Below the pieces are notes generated by a model. The model was not told the DNA's origin, did not search any database, and worked only from the letters and a program-made list of their open reading frames with translations. A DNA stretch of 64,000 nucleotides, from the NCBI RefSeq assembly GCF_009914755.1, contig NC_060931.1; one strand, 5' to 3'. The first letter of the stretch is position 1. Every line of letters begins with the position of its first letter. The stretch comes from the human T2T-CHM13v2.0 reference genome, Homo sapiens. The translations under genes were made by a program, and so were the position numbers. Below, one piece after another: positions 27,106-40,034 of this stretch.

Positions 27106-27206
27106 AGAATGCCTAGCTGTCTGGGAATGCAGCCCAGTAGGTCTCAGCCTTATTTTACCCAGGCCCTATTCTAGATGGAGTTGCTCTGGTTCAAATGCCT
27201 CTGACA
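27106..27206 (-). mobile_element. MER41-family ERV1 LTR, 5' ~100 bp only
   Basis: Reverse complement reads TGTCAGAGGCATTTGAACCAGAGCAACTCCATCTAGAATAGGGCCTGGGTAAAATAAGGCTGAGACCTACTGGGCTGCATTCCCAGAC, matching the MER41 LTR start. Confidence 0.85.
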
Positions 27207-28599
27207 CAAAGGTTGGAAGGTGAGAAAGTATTTTTTTAAAAACTCTATTTGGAGGGATTGGAGTCACTGTTTTAAAAATCAGAAAAAAGTGAAACAGCAT
27301 CACTTGTCACTCTAGTACTGACCGAGTGGGAAAGAATGTTTGCAGTTGCTAAGGGGTATAATAGAAGATTTTGCCATGACTCCTTCTGTCCATGTCCTCA
27401 CCATGTCCTTTCTGGCAACCACTAAGCTGATCAGAGAACTTCCCCTTTCCCTGCTCTTGGGCTCTCTCACGGTTTGCTCTCACCCTCATGGCTCTCCTTG
27501 GAAGTTAGGCTCTCTCTTGCTCTCCCCATGTTCATGATCTGTCTCCTTTCCCTTGATAAAACCTAGTCCTGCTAGGATACTGCCATTCTCAGCTTCTAAT
27601 CCAAGTGCCTCCTGCTAACTTGTGGAAACAGACCACAGACATTTTCTTTTGAGGAAACTTTGCAGACTTTTAGAATGAAGGCATTAATTCCTACACAATT
27701 AGGAGAGAAAGTTCTATGCCAAAAGGAGGCTTGGACTCCAAACACTGTATGCCCTTGGCTAAACGCTTTGCTTCCTTCTCTGTGTTTTGGCTGCCCTTTG
27801 CAGAGACTTTGCTACAAGATCATTCTGTGAGTTGACAGTCTGAAAGCAGAATGGAGATGTGGCTTCCCGTGGGCAAACTGGACATATTTTTATGTTTAAA
27901 AAAATTCTGCATTTGCACTTTGTGCATTATTGATGTGCGTCTTTGGAAGGAGGGCATTATTTCAGAAAAATGTAGAGGCACACTTTTGTTAGGACCCCCC
28001 TGATGAGACCAAGAAATCAGCATGTGCAAAAATCACTGATTGAAATCCAGTCCCTGATAGGGAGCAGACAAGAATGAGAGAGAGCTTCCACTAAACGATT
28101 CCAGTGAGATCTGAGAGCAATGAGGTGAAAATACACAAAGCAAAAACTTTTGGCTGCCTGTGGCGCAGCCGTTTCAGCCTCTGCCTCGGCTGAGTATCAC
28201 CACCACCTGACATCTCTTTCATTTAGTTGCAACAGCCATAGCTTCTTTGCTTGGAAACCCAGGAGATTTCTTCTCTCATCTCTCTCCTTCTTGGGAACGT
28301 TTAACCCCTGCCAACTGGAATCAGTATTGCAGGGAAGAAAGAGCAGCCATATGGCTTCAACTCTCAGGAGGACAGGTTTCAGGCCTCTCACACATCATTG
28401 GTACCATGGAATATTTTTCTCCTGCAAGATTTTGGGCTGGCCTTATAAGAAAGAGAGGATCTGATTGCAGGATGTTTATACTCTTTTGGGGACAGGACAA
28501 GGTTCCTTCTGATGGGGCAGGGATGAAACTCTTGGCTGGCTATGCCATTGCAGTCACTGCCATGTTTGTGGCCATGTGAGCAATCGTGTGGTTGCTTAT

Positions 28600-29895
28600 A
28601 TCAGTGCTCTCCTTCCACCACATACTCATTCCTCCTCCCATCTCTTTCTGGCCCCTGTGGTCTAGCTTCTGTCCCCACCAGTCTCCCAAGATGACACACT
28701 TTGAGGAACTCACTGGCTCAGGCCCTGTGTCCTTTCTTGGGCATCCTCATTCATCTTTCCTATTCAGCAATCCTTGCTGCTGCTCCTCTGGCCATAGGTC
28801 AATGTCTAATCTTGCTTCTCTTCTACCTTTATGACTGCTCCTTCTCTGTCCATCAATGGCTCTTGTGTCTCTCCACTTTTCCTGGATGCTTACTCTGTCC
28901 TTCATTGCAGACTCTCCTCCCACTGAGACCTCAATCACCCTAATGGCCAAGTCATCAGCTCTAATCAGATATTTCCAATCTATGCTCTACTTTTAAGAAG
29001 TTCCAGCAGAATATGGACCAGATGCTTAGTGGCCATTTCTACCCAGGTATCACAATCATATCACAGGTATTATTGTTTCCAACCCAGTCTGCCTAAAATT
29101 GATCAAATCCTTCTCCATCCACATCTGAGCCTTCTTCCTGATGTGCTTCAACCTTGAAAGCCAAGGCTTATGGCCACTTGGTTCTGTTTTGGGGCATGTA
29201 TCCAATCAGTTGCCCAGGCCTGCATCATAGTTTTTTAATGTCCCTCCAATCTGTTTCATGTTCCTTACCTGTCTCAGTCTAGTTAGACCTGAAGTTTTGC
29301 CTGTGAACTGATCTTTCTGCCAGCCTCTGACCAACTTCTGTTGCACCTCTGTCAGATAGATTAATCTTCTGAAATCCCCTCATGCCTCCACCAGGTCCTC
29401 TGTGCAAACTCTTTACCATTGTCAGCAGCCTAAAGTCTACCATTTTCGGGCCATCATTAAAAAACTCTGATTCAGGCCAATGTGAATCCACACCTCCAGT
29501 CAAGTTGAGTGACACTGTGTCCCTGGAACACGCCAAGGGCAGTCCTGTCCCACACCTATGCTTTTGCTAGTTTCCTTGTCTAGAATGCCCTCTCACTTTC
29601 CTCTTCTCATTTGCAAATCTTACCCCTTCTTCAAAGTCTAGATTAGGATCTATTTTCTCATGAAACTTTCTATAAATATTCATCTCAACACTGATACTCT
29701 GCACTTAGGTTACATTTAATCCCATACTTTCTGGTATCTTTTGCATCTTTTGGATTTAGATTTTTTTCCCTTTTCATTTACATGTTTTAAGGCCCTGACG
29801 TGATTATAAGCTCTTGAAGGCAAGAGCCTTCCACTTACCTCTTGTGTCCCGCTTATTACCTGGTACAGAGCTTGACATGTGGAGTTGCTTGGCAC
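28600..29895 (+). mobile_element. Long diverged L2 remnant
   Basis: Ordered L2 motifs: TCTAGCTTCTGTCCCCACCA, ATCCAATCAGTTGCCCAGGCCTG, TTTCCTTGTCTAGAATGCCCTC, TAAGCTCTTGAAGGCAAG, CCTGGTACAGAGCTTGACA. Confidence 0.65.
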
Positions 29896-30672
29896 TAGAG
29901 TGCGGAATGAAGTTTAAGGTTATCTGGGACTTCTACCTTATTTTAATCAAGAAAGCCTGTATTTCAAAGAGCTATTTTACAAACTTATTTATTAAACTGT
30001 TCTTCCCTCCCAACTTCCCATCAGTATGTAAAAACACAGTTTTACTCATCAAAAAATAGTGCTGTTTATCGTTTATGAGCTTGATTATGTATGATTGACA
30101 GCTGAGGCCTCCTAATAGGATCCTTGTTGCTAAAGACATGTCAGCTCATTTTCCTTGATGAGCCTGTGAGAGTGATGCCCGGGGTGGAATTTGCCAGTGG
30201 TCATATGTTTGAACTCTAGGGAGGGAAGGAAGTAGCAATACTGCACACAGCAGCTGCTAAACGGGATTCAGGCACAACTTGGCCCTGTTGACTTTTGCAT
30301 TGAAGGATATTAAAGAAAGACAAGATTGGCTGGCTGGTGGGGCTGGGCCTATTTCTCTGCTTGGCAAATTCAGAAGCTTGATTTAATTGCTCACATTTTT
30401 CTGAGGGGGAAATTGATATTCATCAAACCTATAAATGCTGGTTATAAAAGCAGCATTCCGTTGTATTAACTCACAGTTAACTTACAAACTTTAGGAATTT
30501 GTATGTTTATATCCATTTCCTAGGATTGTATGTGGAAGGTATCAAGGCATCTAGGCAAACGAATTCTAAGTCAGAGAGTTGATTTATGATGATTATAAGT
30601 GAATCAGAGCAGTGATCTAGGGGGAGTCTTTCAAACTCTGGGACAGCCTGGAAAAATTGCCTCTGGACTGCT

Positions 30673-30727
30673 GTGTGTGTGTGTGTGTCATCCACACACT
30701 TACACACATACACGAATACAACACACA
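30673..30727. repeat. (TG)8 directly followed by an imperfect (CA)n
   Basis: Directly visible. Confidence 0.85.
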
Positions 30728-32257
30728 TTTCCCACACGTTTACCTCTGACATTTGCAAGTATCTATTGAGTACCTACTAAGGGCTGAGGACACAGGCACT
30801 ATTCCTGCTCCATGGGGTTCATAGACAGGTGTCTGTTTTCGATGTCATTGAGTAAATAGTAGCAAACTCTTATTCATCAAGATGTTTTTCCTAACTCCCT
30901 GCAGCTGGACATTTTCCTTGTCTTAAAACTCATTTCTTAAGTTGGTATGTTTATAAAACTGGCTGTTCTCATCAATTTTGTGTCACTTTATTTTTGTGAC
31001 ACACAACTGCCTCTCCTGCAGTTTTGGATGCTGCTGGCCTTGCATGCAGGTACAAACACTCCAGTAATGGGAATGATGGTTAGGCATTTGCCACAGTTCC
31101 CCAGTTCTGGCTTTGGTGCTGGATATCCTTGTTCAACTCAGATATATCAAGGAAGATGACCCAAACTTTCCAATCTAAATATTTCCTTTTTTTTCCTTTA
31201 GTAGACATAGACCATGTGACTGTGAGTTTATCCTACATCTGTCTTGAAACTTTGCTGTATTGCATACAGAAGCAAGAAGAAGCTCCTGTTAAAGCAGCCA
31301 TGGTCAAGGCAGGAAGTGCCATTGTATTCAAAAGCAGCATCTAGTAGCACAGCTGTTTTTGGAGATGCCTATAGGGAGGGGACTTTTACTTTTTTCTTAA
31401 GGAAGAGAGTGGGAGGTTGCCTTCTGAGTCAGAAAAAAGAAGTGTCAGGGTTTCATGCTGAAGCGAAGAAAGGCCCTTTTTGGTTATAATCCTACCTTTC
31501 TGTTTTGCCCACCTGGCTGCAGGTGCATCAGTGAGAACAGCAGAGCTTTTCTAGCTGATGAGCAAGCAAGAAGGTCAGGCTGAGGCTATGTCTTTAATTA
31601 GCGTAAACAACTTAAAACAGGTGGCACTAGCGCTAGACCTGGAGAAAAACTGCTGGTGTCCAGGAGACACTAGGAGGACTTTTAAGGCCAAGATGACTTG
31701 TGGTCCTGGGGCCAAAATGCTGAGGATGTCTGTCCAGGAGTGATAGGATGCCAAGATAAAGAATCTCTGTGTGCTCTGATCAAGCTTTCAGCATAAAACT
31801 GATTAGAAACTCCAGAACCATAACCCAGTCCTAGGAGTTATTTTATTCCAAGATATGATCCAGAGTGAGTTAGAACAGAGCATTTAACCAGAATCTAGGG
31901 ATAAGACTCAAGTTCATCTGGTTCTGCCAGCAATTAAGGGTTTAGTGACAAAGTCTCAATTGTTTTGATGTATATTGGGAAGTAAATTGTAACTGCGATG
32001 GTTGCCTAGAGGTATCAAAAGCTGCAGAATGTGATTCTTGCCAATATCCACAAGTGTAAAATGCCAGAAGCATTTGTCTACCACCTAATGTTTATTTTAA
32101 TTTATTTTATTAGATTTTGGCTTAAAAAAAGAAGATGGGTGTTTGGGGAGGGAATTATAGATTTATTTTAAATGAAAACAATTATTGAATAAGCTTTCTT
32201 TTCAGATCTTGTGGTAATGACTGCAGTATAATCACAGCCTGGGGTATTATTGGATGA

Positions 32258-32335
32258 CCATCCATCCATCCTTCTGTCCATCAGTCCATCCATCCATTTG
32301 TCCATTCAGTAACAGATCATTGAGCCTACAACATG
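32258..32335 (-). repeat. Imperfect (CCAT)n, probably an L2 tail
   Basis: CCATCCATCCATCC...TCCATTCAGTAACAGATCATTGAGCCTAC. Confidence 0.6.
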
Positions 32336-33660
32336 GCGTTCCCTATGTAAATGTCACACAAGTATATTGAATGTTGAGCCTGTAAAGATAAAGTATGATG
32401 ATGGCTGGCCATTCTTTCTTATAACCCATTTTGAGAGTGGGAATGGGGCTGCGAAATCAATAATTGGGTGTTTTAATGCTACAAAGCTTGGTTGTTCACA
32501 TATCCAAGCTGGCTTGAATTAATCTAGTGGGGGGAAAACCCAAGTGTTTGGTTTCAGGAAACTGTTCAAGTTTTTATTTAGCTTTCATTTCTTTGAATAC
32601 GTGTTTTATCTGATTTTAAAACTTTTCACTCACACTAAGGTAAATACCATTTGTCACTCAATGAGAAATAAAGATGTATTGGAGACTAAAATATTCCTCA
32701 TCTCTTCAAACCCGTGCTGTGTTGCCCAGTTGTTTGATAGCTAAACCTATGCCACCCCTTCAGAAGCCTGTACCAAGACACTTAGAATTTTGCTGCTTTA
32801 AGTCTGTCTGATTCACAGCTCATCTTGATCTTACAATATCTGCTACCTTATAGAGAGCAACAACAGTTCTATCACATGTGCTAAGAATAATACTGTCGAA
32901 TATTGTTAAACTGCTAGGAATCAACTTTTGGAAAAGAGCTAAATGAATGTGTGTTTCCCATGTTGTCTCAATTCAGTTAAAGAGATCTTTTTTTAACCAT
33001 ATGTGCCAGAAATGCTTACCTTGGATCCAAGCTTGAATATGAGATATTTCTGCCAAAAAAAAATGAACAATTTTTACCAAGTTTCAAGTGATTGAAAAAA
33101 ATAGTGACTGTGATGGTTGGAGAGAATTGTCAAAAACTGCAAAATGTGATTCTAGCTGATCTCCAAAAAAGCAAAGTACAAAGCAGAAGGCTTAGAAGTA
33201 GCATAAAATCAAGAGATTTGGCAATCCTAGTGGACCACTGTATTTAGAACAAGAGTATAGGAGAGTCACTCTAGAAATAAATTGGCTTTTAACGACCTGT
33301 CTCAAAAAGCAGTGATTTACATTAGGTTTCCTGTAGGAAGATAGTGCCTCATTGACAGACTGCACAGCCCTGGCCAGAACCTTCTGGCCATTTGTAGCAC
33401 TGAGCTTGGGCCCACAGGCAGAAGACTCAGGTGTTCCCTCCTGCCTTCAACAGGCTTATGAGCTTGACAGTTGCAATACCTGTGCCTATTTCACTGGCCT
33501 TTTGGTGTCTCTGTTAGTTTAAACTCATTTGCTTAATATCCATTGTCAGGCCTGGGGGGAGTTTAGGCATTTTTTCATGGTGGAAAGATGTAATATAGAG
33601 GCTAACTTCTGAAGCATGCCGTTGAAAAACAGCCTCCCTCATTGTGCCAAAGTGTTTGTA

Positions 33661-33872
33661 TTCTTTACTTTCTTTCTTTCTTTTTTTTTGAGACGGAGTC
33701 TCACTCTATTGCCCAGGCTGGAGTGCAATGGCATGATCTCAGCTTACTGCAGGTTCAGGTGATTCTCCTGCCTCAACCTCCAGAGTAGCTGGATTATAGG
33801 CATGCACCACCATGCCTGGCTAATTTTGGTGTTTTTAGTAGAGACGGGGTTTCACCATGTTGGCCAGGCTGG
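33661..33872 (-). mobile_element. 5'-truncated AluS with a small internal deletion
   Basis: GAGACGGAGTCTCACTC...ACTGCA|GGTTCAGGTG (AACCTCCGCCTCCC segment missing), ending at GGCCAGGCTGG. TSD-like GTTTGT(A/C)TTCTT. Confidence 0.92.
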
Positions 33873-33889
33873 GTTTGTCTTCTTATCAC

Positions 33890-34485
33890 AGAGTTCAGAA
33901 AAATAGGCTTTAGAGAAAGCGTGCTTGGGTTAGAATCTCTGCATTTCTACTTTCTAGCTGTGTGGCCTTAAGCAAGTTTCTTAATATCTCAGTGCCGCTG
34001 TTTTTCATCTGTAAAAGGGGATGTACTAAACCTGACTCATAGGATCAGTGTGGTTGATATGATATGGTTTGGCTCTGTGTCCTCACCAAATCTCATCTCA
34101 AATTGTAATCCCCACATGTTGAGGGAGGGACCTGGTGGGAGGTGATTGGATCATGGGGGTGGTTTCCCCCATGCTGTTCTCATGATAGGGAGTTCTCATG
34201 AGATCTGATGGTTTAAAAGTGGCAATTTCCCCTACATGCTCTCTCTCTCCTGCTGCCATGTAAGATGTGCCTTGCTTCCCCTCTGTCTTCCACCATGATT
34301 GTAAGTTTCCTGAGGCCTCCCCAGCCATGTGGAAATGTGAGTCAATTAAACCTTTTTTTCTTTGTAAATTACCCAGTTTCAAGCAGTTCTTTATACCAGT
34401 GTGAAAACAAACTAATACAGTGGTGATTACTTATATTAAGGGGCTCAGCACAACGTATGTGTTCATAACACATTGGCCATTATAT
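33890..34485 (+). mobile_element. MIR split by a THE1 LTR insertion
   Basis: TGGGTTAGAATCTCTGC..CTAGCTGTGTGGCCTTAAGCAAGTTTCTTAATATCTCAGTGCC..TTTTCATCTGTAAAAGGGG before the LTR; MIR 3' remnant after 34420. Confidence 0.8.
34055..34419 (+). mobile_element. Solo MaLR LTR, THE1D-like
   Basis: TGATATGGTTTGGCTCTGTGTCC...CAAATCTCATC...GTGAGTCAATTAAACCT...ACTAATACA. 5-bp TSD GTGGT at 34050-34054 and 34420-34424. Confidence 0.93.
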
Positions 34486-34774
34486 GAGTCAGAGAACTCC
34501 ACCAGGCATGCATATTTGAGCTGGAAAAGTTGAGCCAACACCTGTGACTGAGGTGACCTCTGGGGAAGCAGAAACATGACTCAGGATTTCTGAGCCTTGT
34601 GAGTTCAAAGGCTGTGTCTTTCTACAGGCCTCAGTGTCTGGCCCGTCTCACCTTGGTTCCTCTTTCTGTCTCCTGAAGCTCAGGAAATCCCTCACACCTG
34701 GAGGCTCAGGCCCATTTTCCATCCTGAGCTAATTCTGGAGCGCTTTACATATTCAGTCATCATCTGTTTATATA

Positions 34775-35015
34775 TTCATTCACTCAGCACATTGGTGCCA
34801 TACCATTTGTTAAGTATTTTGGATATTGCCTTGTATTTAATCACCAAAAAATCCTATGATAGAGGTATTATCTGTAAAATGTCCCCATTTTACAGAAAGG
34901 AAACTGAGGCATAAAGAGGTAAGATAACTTGCTCAAGGTCATACAGGTAATAAGTAGTGTGGGATTCAGACCTGGGTTATCTGAGTCCAGCTCCTGCTCT
35001 TAAGCTCCAGGCTGT
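34775..35015 (-). mobile_element. MIR
   Basis: CCCCATTTTACAGAAAGGAAACTGAGGCATAAAGAGGTAAGATAACTTGCTCAAGGTCATACAG. Confidence 0.9.
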
Positions 35016-35833
35016 GGCACCCCATCTTGTGAACTGCCTGGAGAAGGACTGGCCTTTCAGGTGGGTGGAACCTTGCAGAAATTGAGATGTTTTTCAGTTT
35101 GTTTCCCACCTGGACCTACTCTTTAAGAGTCCATTGTTGAGAATACACCCCATTCACGGCCACTGGTGGGATTTTGTTCCATGCACACACTTCTTAAGTG
35201 CATGCAGTTCTTCCTTGTGTGACTCCCCTCTATTGAGAAGTTAAGAACACAGTTACAGCCTGGGTGAGACTTAGCATCTGGAGGTAGCCAACACCAAGCA
35301 CACATCCCTGATGATCTCTAGAATTGACCAAGGAAGCTTAACTGATCATCAGTATGGTGGCTGCCATGCTTTAGGATTTAACATCCTGTAAAATTGGGCA
35401 TACCTTCCCAAGATGCCAATGGCCTTTCTCAAAGCAGATTGCCCCTCACAGGCATGGGCATCGTTTTCCTAACGTGTCAACACCTGTGTGCACAGTAGGA
35501 CTTCAAGTGACATTTGTTGGGTGTCATGCATGCCACACACTGTGCTGGTCACTGGAGTCCAATGAATGAAACTAGACTTCTCAAGGAAGCCACAGCCGAG
35601 TAAGAGAGTGCAGTCAGGAGGCAGTGGTCACTATTCACGCCTACAGCCATGTCCTCCTTCTCACCTTTTCTCTTACCCTTGCCTGCCACAATTCCTTGAG
35701 TGTGGCTTTAAGGGCTCAACCGTGGCTCCGTTACTTGTAATTTTGTTCTGCTAAGAGTACCAGGCCTGAATAGAACACCAAAGAAAGAGGGGAGCTGCTC
35801 ATAATTGCCATATGACAAACCTTGAGACCAGAG

Positions 35834-35990
35834 CAGAGGTTCTCAATCTTGGCAGCCCATTGGAACCACCTTTTAAAATCAGCTTTTAAAGAAGCATGGA
35901 TGCCCAGGCCCTGCCCTGGAGTTTCTGATCTACTTGTCCAACATTAAAAAAAAAAAAGCTCTCTAGGTGAGTCTCACGTGCAACCATGAA
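35834..35990. mobile_element. MER5-like hAT-Charlie MITE
   Basis: CAGAGGTTCTCAATCTTGGC..CATTGGAACCACC...GATGCCCAGGCCC..TTCTGAT...AAGCTCTCTAGGTGA.TCT. Confidence 0.75.
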
Positions 35991-36329
35991 GGAAGATGCT
36001 ACAGGACCCAGGAGGCTTGTATTCAAACAGATATAGAAGCCATTTCCCACTGACCAAAGGCAGCCTGTGCTCATCACTATTACTGCCAGCGTATATTTTG
36101 TGGAGCTCCTCGTTCTGTTTTGTGCTGGGAAATGAGAAGGTAAAATCAAGTTAGACGCTTACAGATTGGCTGGGGATCTGATATGGTCTGAGGTCCAGGA
36201 CCAGCCTGTCTCATTCATCATACATCCTTACTACCTGCTCGGTTGTAGAAACTCAATAAATGTAGCCTTTTTTGTTGTTATCATTAACAATAATGATGGG
36301 AAATCACAATGCCGAGGAGTATAACTTCA

Positions 36330-36685
<356 letters not shown>

Positions 36686-37289
36686 AAAGAATACAGAGTC
36701 ATAGGAGTCTGGGGTCAAAAAACTTCCTGGCAGAAGAAGACTCTAGCAAGTTCAGATGGACAGGGGATATTCAAGGCTGGGACGTGTCGAGAACAAAGGC
36801 TTGGAGGTGCATGGGGTATTGACAAACCTGGTTACCCCAGCCTGCCTGGAACATGGCCTTCGACTGAGGTTGAGTGTCCAGGAAAGGAGAGGTTGAGGGT
36901 GGAATGAGAGCAGGTGGCTAGGAAAGCACAGGCTTTCTTGTGAGGACTCCTCCCCTCTCTCCTTCTTCTCCCCTAAACCCCCCTGCCCCATTGTATTTTG
37001 AGGTTGGGGTTCAAGAAACATTAATTAGTGAGCTAGACTTCTGGCTATTAACGTGCTTTCTCTGGTCCTGATTTTTTAAATTTTTATTTGTATTTTACCA
37101 TTTCCTTATGTGCCCTTTTGTTGTAAGGGAAGGAGATATATCTTCCTTTGGAATTCTGAAGTGCCAGTTGTCAAATAGCTTCTGGAAGGTTGAACTGAAA
37201 TGGTTTGAATGCTGCTTTTCACAGAATGTTAAGTTTAGTCAGGCTCTCTGCAGGTAGCTAAACCTTGGTAAATGTTAAAGAGAAAGCCC

Positions 37290-37710
37290 TCTTTAAAAAT
37301 ACTCTGTTTAAAAACTGCTTGTTGTAGAAAATCCAATGCAGAAGGAATAAAGAAAGCAAAAATCTCCTTAAATTCTTCTACCAAGATTGGCTGATTTGCC
37401 TCTCTCTTTTTCTCTTCTCTATCATCTGGGTACACAAATACATGTACATACAAATGGAGTTTTATAATAAACATATGAGATACATACATGTTTCAAGCTC
37501 ATAATATTTTACACTGGGGTGACATACCTGCTGTTTTTCAACCTTCTTATTTGACTTAATATGTGTTGTGATCTTTCCACATTAGTGAGTAAATTCTACA
37601 TCATTATTTTAAGGGCTGCATAGCGTATCACTTTATGGCTGTATTATTATCTAACCATTTTCTTGTTTATAGGCATTTAGGTGGTTCTAATCCTTTTCCC
37701 ATTACATTTT
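37290..37710 (-). mobile_element. L1ME-like fragment
   Basis: TCTACATCATTATTTTAAGGGCTGCATAG.GTATCACT.TATGG...TAACCATTTTC...GGCATTTAGGTGGTT. Confidence 0.65.
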
Positions 37711-37761
37711 GTTATTAACTTGTAATTAACAGTTGGAGTGCCAAGTACTGTATTTTAGCAT

Positions 37762-38533
37762 TTATATATTCAACAAGTATTTACTGAGTGTCATACACTA
37801 GGCTAGGCACTATAGCAGTGGTTCTTCATGAACAAGAGACAAAAATCCCTGCCCTTATAGAGTTTATATTCTACTATGAGACACGGACAATGAACAAGAT
37901 AAATAAATAAAAGATAAAGTATGTTAGGTAGTGATAAGTACAAAGTAGCAAAAAAAGCATGGAAAGGGATATGAAGTATTGAAGAGGGGATGGAAACAGA
38001 TTTTGAGAAGGGTTGTCAAGAAGGCCTCAGAGAGTGGGGGACTTTTGGATACAGACAGGAGGAAACTAGCCATGGGATTACAAGGGGTCAAGCAAATTGC
38101 AGGCAAAGAACCAGCAAGTGCAAATGTCCTGAGGCATCGAGATGCTGGTACATTCAAGAAACTGCCTGGAGGTCAGTGAACGTGCAATAGAGTGAGTAAG
38201 AGAGAGCTTAGTGGGAGATGATGTAAGAAACGTAGGGGGGAAGCAGATCATTTAGGCCCTTGGCTTTTGGAAGGAAAGCCATTGAGAAGCTTTGATCGGA
38301 GGACAGATATTATATGAATTGTATTTTCATAGGATCATAGCCTGAAGACAGGGCAAACTCAGAGGCGGAGACACAGGAGGCTACTGGAATATTCCAGGTA
38401 GCAGAATGTAGCAGCCTGGGGAGAGTGACAGCAGGGAAGATGATGAGAAGAGATAGGACTTTGGATATATTTTGACCCAACAAGATTTGCTGACAGATTG
38501 GATGTGGAGTGTGAGAGCAAGAGAGGAGACCAG

Positions 38534-38573
<40 letters not shown>

Positions 38574-38680
38574 CCTGAGCGATTGAAAAATGCAGCTGCC
38601 ATTAACTGAGATGGAGATAAGTGCTCCTGGTGTGAGGGTAGTGGGTTGGGAGGGGCTTCAGGAGCTGAGTTTCAGACTCA
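37762..38680 (-). mobile_element. L2 (L2a-like) 3' portion
   Basis: ATTCAACAAGTATTTACTGAGTG...GAACAAGAGACAAAAATCCCTGCCCTTATAGAGTTTATATTCTA...GATTTGCTGACAGATTGGATGTGG...GCTGCCATTAACTGAGATGG. Confidence 0.88.
38536..38573. repeat. (T)38 homopolymer
   Basis: Directly counted. Confidence 0.97.
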
Positions 38681-40034
38681 AAAGACCGTTGGGATGCAGC
38701 ATCCCATGCCTTTGAGCAATTTCTCTTTACAGCTCTTCTCATTTAAAGCACAGGTTGCCTCCCGGTTTTGAGAAATGCAACTGTTAGATTTTAGGGGATT
38801 TCCTCATCATATTTTTAATCAGAGCATATCATCCCTTTCAAGAATCATTTGCTACTTGTATGTGTGTGTGTGTGCACGCACACATTTGTTTTAGCCATAA
38901 ATCTGTTCATCATCGATTACATTTTTGGTTGGTTGTCTTTGTGGATTCTTTGTAACTATGTCCCTTTGCATAAAAACAGGGCCTTTTGTTTCCGAAACCA
39001 TGATTAGCTCCTAGCCACACTCTCCAATTGAAATCATAATCTGCTCTTTGTGACAGCATCGTGGTTGCTCTTGGAAATGATTAGGATGTCACAATTGGGA
39101 TTAGGACTCCAGGTGGAGAGTAAGTGTGAGGGGCCGATGACAATTTTCTCAGAAGCAAAAAAAATCCTGCCTCCTACTCCCATGCTCTTAGTGATAAGGG
39201 AAGGAGGCCAGGAAAATGTATGATCTATAAATAGAACTGCTTCTAAGGAGCCTGCTGAAGGTTTCATTAGGCATCAGAAAGTCCTTTACACTTAGCAATT
39301 AATGGCATTGATTTGACTGTGCTGTAATATAAAGATGGAGAAAAGGAACCTAGACATGCATCTTTGTGAAGCAGATGCAGGCAAAATGCCTGAGAGAACT
39401 CTAAATGGGGGCTGTAAATCTCACGTCATCCCCCCAAGCCCCCAGATTATAAAAGCATCTCGAGGAAGAAAACTTCTGCATTTCTGTGTTAACTCTTTAT
39501 TGTTGATGCTGTGCTTTTGTCTGTCACCCCAGGAGCTGCCTACCCACAACAAGGGTATCCCCAGGATACTCATTCTCCCACTGTCCCCCAGGGACCAAAG
39601 GCCAGCACTTGATGCTTGACCTTAGGTGTGCCAATCTTGGCACCTCTGTTTTACCTGGTCTCCATAGGGATTGGGCTTATGGTCTGACCCCATCAGCATG
39701 ATGCTCAAGCCTACTGCACTGACAGGGCCCAGAGAAGGTGTAACAAGCCTGGACTTCTTGGGAAGGCCACAGGGGATCTTTTTCTTTACACTGGTCCATG
39801 TTCTCAGACTTGGAAAAGTGACATCAGAAGCCCCCTCCTCCATTTTTCCTGAGTGAATTATGTTCAAGCCAAGCAGCTTTTCCACCTGGGATGGTTTGAA
39901 TCCAGATAGATGACTTTGATTAGTCATGGAAGACAGCCCTGGGAAAAAAAAAAGTCTGATTCTCTATGGAGCTCAGTCATAAATAGACAGAAATGTAAAG
40001 ACCTTGTAGGTTTAGTCCTGGGAATAACTGAGTA

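Noticed and set aside
27106-27206. Interferon-inducible MER41 enhancer
   Set aside because: Only ~100 bp of the LTR remains, and I see no tandem GAS (TTCNNNGAA) sites in it.
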